A stretch of 20,000 nucleotides of DNA, taken from the IMG/VR virus record IMGVR_UViG_3300023199_000154. One strand, written 5' to 3'. Both the position numbers and the translations under genes were made by a program. Under the pieces are notes generated by a model. The model searched no databases and was not told the DNA's origin. It saw only the letters and a list, made by a program, of their open reading frames with translations. This document shows, piece after piece, positions 16,308 through 20,000 of this stretch. Origin of the DNA: an uncultured virus (IMG/VR IMGVR_UViG_3300023199_000154). Its lineage: Duplodnaviria; Heunggongvirae; Uroviricota; Caudoviricetes. The first letter of the stretch is position 1. Each line of letters opens with the position of its first letter.

Positions 16308-17029
16308 CCGAGCGCGTCGCACAGCGGGCCGCGGTTGGGGGGTTTGTTGGAACGGCGCGGTATGAAGCTGGCAGTACAGGGCTTCTTGCTGGCGGCATCG
16401 GAACAACGCAGTGTGTTCTGTTTCAGAGGCAGCGCGACATTCTTCAACGCTTGGTGGGGCCTTTGGGGGGCAACCTCGGAGGGTGGAACCTGCGATTCGC
16501 GACCGACGTGCAGATTCGCTATGAGCTGCAAGACGGCGGTGGGGTAGGCCGTAGCGTGACCATCGACACGATTCCCTGGGGCGTAGGTCGTGGTAGGTTT
16601 TGGCTTGCGATTGCGCGGTTCCGAAACGACAACAACGTGGATCTCTACGTTCACGGATTCACTGGCGTTGCCGCCTGCGTCGGATACACACCGCCGACAG
16701 GTGGAATGAACATCGGAAACCGAAGCGCTGCGTACGATTTCCCTTTCCGCGACGGTGCCGTTGCCGCCGTGTGGGGGTCAGACAACTTCCTGCTCGCCGC
16801 CGGCGATCGCGCGGCCTACACCGCCGAAGTCATCGACGCAATCGAGCAGGGGCGCGACATCCCTTTCTTCCGCACTCCCGTGCACACCGAGGACGAGTTG
16901 TGGGACGCGCGTGATGCCGTAGTTGGGGGCGGCGGCACGCGTTCGACTTGGTCTGGCCGGATCAGCGGCACAGTGTTGACCAAAGTGGGTACGGTGAACG
17001 CCTACTCATTCGCAGGAAGGACCCCCTGA
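16304..17029 (+). CDS. LamG/ConA-like paralog 4 of 5 (241 aa)
   Basis: RVAQRAAVGGF, GGWNL, DLYVHG, MNIGNR, DAIEQGRD, LWDARD, WSGRISGTVLTKVG. Confidence 0.82.
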   Translation: MTERVAQRAAVGGFVGTARYEAGSTGLLAGGIGTTQCVLFQRQRDILQRLVGPLGGNLGGWNLRFATDVQIRYELQDGGGVGRSVTIDTIPWGVGRGRFWLAIARFRNDNNVDLYVHGFTGVAACVGYTPPTGGMNIGNRSAAYDFPFRDGAVAAVWGSDNFLLAAGDRAAYTAEVIDAIEQGRDIPFFRTPVHTEDELWDARDAVVGGGGTRSTWSGRISGTVLTKVGTVNAYSFAGRTP

Positions 17030-17781
17030 TGCCCGTCCCCGCAGATCAGCGCGTCGCGCAGCTCGGTGGGATCCGTCGGTTTCGAGACGCAGGACAGGGG
17101 CCGGCTAGTTACTATCGAGGGGCGGGCGTCGGTGGTCCTGCGGGTGGCACGCAGATGACTGTGGAATCAATCGTTCGGCTCCACGAGCTATCGATCGATA
17201 ATCAGTTCTGGTTCAGCCGTAGAGACGCGAATGCCGGCTGGCGTCTGCGATATACGTTCACGCAGATTCTCGCCTTCGAGATCACGGACTCTGCTCCGAA
17301 CGTCGTTTCTGACAGCGTGAGTGTCACACAGAACGATGTAGGCCCGCTTCTGCATTGCATTGGCGTCTACGACGACCCAACCGTGACGTTCTACTTGAAC
17401 GCCATTGCGGGCGCTTCGGGCGCTGGAGTCGGCGGCTATACGGTGGCTGCTCAACCGACGGCTATCGGCCTGCGTAGTGATAACCTGGACAAGGCGGCTG
17501 ACGCATTCACGGTATTCACCTGCCGGGCCTCAGATAACTTCGTGCTCGCGCCTGGAGACATAGCGGCGTACCACGCGCAGGTGGTGGCCGATATTGAACA
17601 GGGGCGCGATCCCAGCTTCTGGAAGACGCCGGTGAATGGTGAGGATTTCTACTGGGATGCAGTCGACGTGTGGCAAGGACCTGGTGCGCCGCTCGCCCCT
17701 AACTGGACTGACCGTTACAGCGGTTCGGTACTCACCAAGACCGGCGAGCCCGAGCCGGCGAGCTACCCGGCGAGGTTTTGA
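17029..17781 (+). CDS. LamG/ConA-like paralog 5 of 5 (250 aa)
   Basis: RVAQLGGIRRF, MTVESIVR, AGWRL, HCIGVYD...TFYLN (typical LamG strands), ADIEQGRD, YWDAVD, WTDRYSGSVLTKTG. Confidence 0.85.
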   Translation: MPVPADQRVAQLGGIRRFRDAGQGPASYYRGAGVGGPAGGTQMTVESIVRLHELSIDNQFWFSRRDANAGWRLRYTFTQILAFEITDSAPNVVSDSVSVTQNDVGPLLHCIGVYDDPTVTFYLNAIAGASGAGVGGYTVAAQPTAIGLRSDNLDKAADAFTVFTCRASDNFVLAPGDIAAYHAQVVADIEQGRDPSFWKTPVNGEDFYWDAVDVWQGPGAPLAPNWTDRYSGSVLTKTGEPEPASYPARF

Positions 17782-17859
17782 TCGCCCTGTGCGAGGAGCC
17801 CTTGGGCTGCATCTGCCGGGACCCTGCCAGCCGGGCGCTGGTCAGGTTATGGTAGGGGC

Positions 17860-18369
17860 ATGCCCCCGAGGGACCGGCAGAGCGCGCACGATTCGTGGAG
17901 GAGCGAGCCGCCCGCCTTCGACGACGAGCCAACCGAGGTCCGCCAGCGGCTGCAGGAGCTGTGGGGACCCTTCTCGGAGGCGTGCGAGCCACTGGTGCGC
18001 AAGACGGTGCGCGAGGAGGAGAAGAAGCTCACGTGGTGGCAGACGGCGTTGATCGGGCTCGGTGTGACCCTCATCGCCGGCGGGGTGAGCGCGCTGGTCG
18101 GGATGGTGGTGGTCTCGAGTCAGGCGGACGGGGTGCAGGACGGCAAGATCGAGGTCAACGCCGAGGACATTGCGGACCTCGGCGACGACGTGGATCATGC
18201 ATCCGAGCGCGTCGACCGGCTCGACCGCGAGGTCGGTGAGCTGGGCACGAAGGTCGACGGGATGAAGACGTCGGTCGACTCGCTGGCGAAGGAGATCCGG
18301 GAGGACCGCGCTGCTCGCTACCCCTACTCGCCGCCGATGACGGGGAATCCCCCTCAGGGCGGACCGTAG
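17860..18369 (+). CDS. Single-TM protein with C-terminal coiled coil
   Basis: WWQTALIGLGVTLIAGGVSALVGMVVV followed by heptad repeats. Confidence 0.8.
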   Translation: MPPRDRQSAHDSWRSEPPAFDDEPTEVRQRLQELWGPFSEACEPLVRKTVREEEKKLTWWQTALIGLGVTLIAGGVSALVGMVVVSSQADGVQDGKIEVNAEDIADLGDDVDHASERVDRLDREVGELGTKVDGMKTSVDSLAKEIREDRAARYPYSPPMTGNPPQGGP

Positions 18370-18402
18370 GATTGATCACCGTCATGGGGTATTGTCTAGG
18401 TT

Positions 18403-18741
18403 ATGTCGGAGCGCGAAGATGAGCTTGAGGAGCTGGTGAGCCAGTTCGTGTCGGACCTGGATCGCGGCGTGGAGCGTCAGCATGTACTTCGGTCTGCCAT
18501 CGGTCGCGGCATCGACATCGGGGTTCGGGCAGCCACAGAGCACCTCAACGCGCGGATGGAGCGGTTGCTCGAGCGCGTGGAGCACCTCGAGCAGCGCTTC
18601 AGCGAGGCGCAGCAGCGAGCTGTGAAAGCGGAGACGGAACGAGACCACGTACTCGAGGAGATGAAGGCAGCCATCGCCAGGATCGAGCGCAGGATGCGGT
18701 CGGGGGCCGTTTCGATTCCTCGCGAGGAAGGTGGCGGCTGA
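18403..18741 (+). CDS. Coiled-coil hypothetical protein
   Basis: E/R-rich heptads. Confidence 0.75.
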   Translation: MSEREDELEELVSQFVSDLDRGVERQHVLRSAIGRGIDIGVRAATEHLNARMERLLERVEHLEQRFSEAQQRAVKAETERDHVLEEMKAAIARIERRMRSGAVSIPREEGGG

Positions 18742-18744
18742 GGT

Positions 18745-19218
18745 GTGGTGGAGGCGGTTGTCGGTGCTGTGCTTGGCCTTTTGGGCACTGGATTCGCTGC
18801 CTTCATGCTTCATCGGTCGAAGATGCGCGAGGCTGCTGTGAGGGAGGCTGAGGTGGGTGTCCGCAAGGAGGAGGTCACCTCAACGGCGGCCGATCGTTTC
18901 CGCGACGACCTGATGGCTCAGGTTCAGTTTCTCGTCGGCCGTATCGATCAGCTCTCCAAGCAGGTGGACTCCCAGCAGCAGGCGTACGCTGCGCTTCGTC
19001 AGGAGTACGGGAAGATCGAGAGCGAGCACCGGGAGCTTCAACGCGCCTACATCGAGCTCGAGGAGAAGTACGCCAACCAGAAGCGGGAGCTCGAGCGCGT
19101 CCGGGAGGTCAACGAGAGTCAGAGCCGCGACCTCGAGATCGCCAAGCGGATGCTGCGTCAGGTCTACAATGCGTCGCCCCCCACGGGGAGAAAATGGGGG
19201 GGTCCGGAGGAAACATGA
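18745..19218 (+). CDS. N-terminal TM plus coiled-coil protein (lysis-module accessory type)
   Basis: AVVGAVLGLLGTGFAAFML followed by a long coiled coil; ATGA overlap with the holin gene. Confidence 0.75.
   Translation: MVEAVVGAVLGLLGTGFAAFMLHRSKMREAAVREAEVGVRKEEVTSTAADRFRDDLMAQVQFLVGRIDQLSKQVDSQQQAYAALRQEYGKIESEHRELQRAYIELEEKYANQKRELERVREVNESQSRDLEIAKRMLRQVYNASPPTGRKWGGPEET
19180..19203 (+). repeat. Dispersed motif copy 4: CCCACGGGGAGAAAATGGGGGGGT(CCGG)
   Basis: Lies in the 3' end of the 18745 CDS, directly before the holin RBS. Confidence 0.7.
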
Positions 19219-19598
19219 CCGAGGAATTCTGGATTGCTGTTGTCAGCGCCGTGGTGAGTGTTGCGCTCGCCGCCATCAGCACGTGGGGGTCGATCGCGCT
19301 TCGGAAGATCGCGCAAAAGGCCAAGCTCGAGATGACCGAAGCCACTGAGGCCGCCATCCTCGCCCGCATCGTGCAGGCGGTGCGATGGGTCGAGGAGCAG
19401 GCTCACAAGGCCATCAAGAATGGCGAGGCTCCCTGGACCAACACCGAGAAGCTCTCTCGCGCCGAAGGCAAGACCGCCCAGCTCCTCGAGGCCGCGGGCT
19501 ACCGCCGCCCGCCCGACCTCACTTCGAAGGTCGAGGCCGTGGTCAACGCCGAGCGGCAGGCGGGGAGGAAGCTGTCGCCGGACCCGCCAGTGGCCTAA
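19215..19598 (+). CDS. Phage holin, LL-H family-like
   Basis: N-terminal TM, then AVRWVEEQ...EKLSRA...L..AG...KVEAVV; GGAGG RBS. Confidence 0.72.
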   Translation: MTEEFWIAVVSAVVSVALAAISTWGSIALRKIAQKAKLEMTEATEAAILARIVQAVRWVEEQAHKAIKNGEAPWTNTEKLSRAEGKTAQLLEAAGYRRPPDLTSKVEAVVNAERQAGRKLSPDPPVA

Positions 19599-19760
19599 TC
19601 AGCGTCTGCCGTTGGCGGCCGATTGTGCGCCCGTGTGACGCCCGGGCGGCGTTGCCGGTAGGGGGGTACCGGGCGGTCCGACGGCGGGCACGCGGGCCCG
19701 CGTCCCGTCGCCGCGTGCGCCCGTCCCGTGGCGCGTCGTGACGGGGCCATCGGGTGACGG

Positions 19761-19801
19761 AAAAAAGAAGGCCCTCCCGGGGCGGTCCTGGGAGGGCCTT
19801 C
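19761..19801 (-). terminator. Intrinsic terminator for the incoming minus-strand gene
   Basis: GAAGGCCCTCCC (19767-19778) / GGGAGGGCCTTC (19790-19801) stem, followed by a T6 tract on the minus strand. Confidence 0.8.
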
Positions 19802-19878
19802 GTGGTCCAGACGCTTTGCCGACGTGCTGGTGCTGTGCCGGTGGTATCGCACAGGATGCTGGGGGCGGCAAGCCCCTA

Positions 19879-20000
19879 TCAGCCCGAATACCCGCAATCG
19901 CTGCAGAGTGAGCTCTCCTTGCCCATGGGAACCCTGCAATGGGGGCAGGGGTTGCTGTTGTGGAGAGCCTCCAGGAGGTAATCGATCCAGCTTCGGCCGC
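19879..20000 (-). CDS. 3' end of a gene with C-terminal zinc ribbon (partial)
   Basis: Hand translation: ...GRSWIDYLLEALHNSNPCPHCRVPMGKESSLCSDCGYSG*; the terminator follows. Confidence 0.6.
   Translation of the reverse strand, partial: GRSWIDYLLEALHNSNPCPHCRVPMGKESSLCSDCGYSG

Noticed and set aside
14183..17781. DGR or shufflon explanation for the paralog array
   Set aside because: No reverse transcriptase and no near-identical TR/VR pair differing at adenines were seen. All genes are complete and co-oriented, with no inverted crossover sites noticed.
19690..19703. 14-bp palindrome ACGCGGGCCCGCGT
   Set aside because: Single GC-rich palindrome between convergent genes; most simply part of a termination hairpin.

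Overview
High-GC window that reads entirely as virus/provirus DNA; no host housekeeping genes, rRNA, tRNA or CRISPR were seen. Left (1-4615, mostly minus): a >513-aa Met/Pro-rich protein missing from the ORF track, coupled to a tyrosine recombinase; small Cys proteins; a DUF192-like protein; and a CCHC knuckle plus two degenerate HNH domains. 4620-5250 is AT-richer and non-coding, with nested inverted repeats (candidate origin/control region). Middle (5263-11295): a Cys-rich HExxH lipoprotein, two SAM methyltransferase-like genes, membrane-anchored SleB-like and SGNH hydrolases, an Amidase_2, a small beta-rich protein and a RuvC-like protein. Right (11376-19598, plus): a virion/adsorption module with five tandem, translationally coupled, divergent LamG/ConA-like paralogs, then TM/coiled-coil genes and an LL-H-type holin. 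A bipartite DNA motif (CCCACGGGG-N-GGGGGGT) occurs four times, and several genes look leaderless. No capsid, terminase, packaging ATPase or replicase is visible, so the virus class is undetermined. All family calls come from motif recognition by eye, not database searches.
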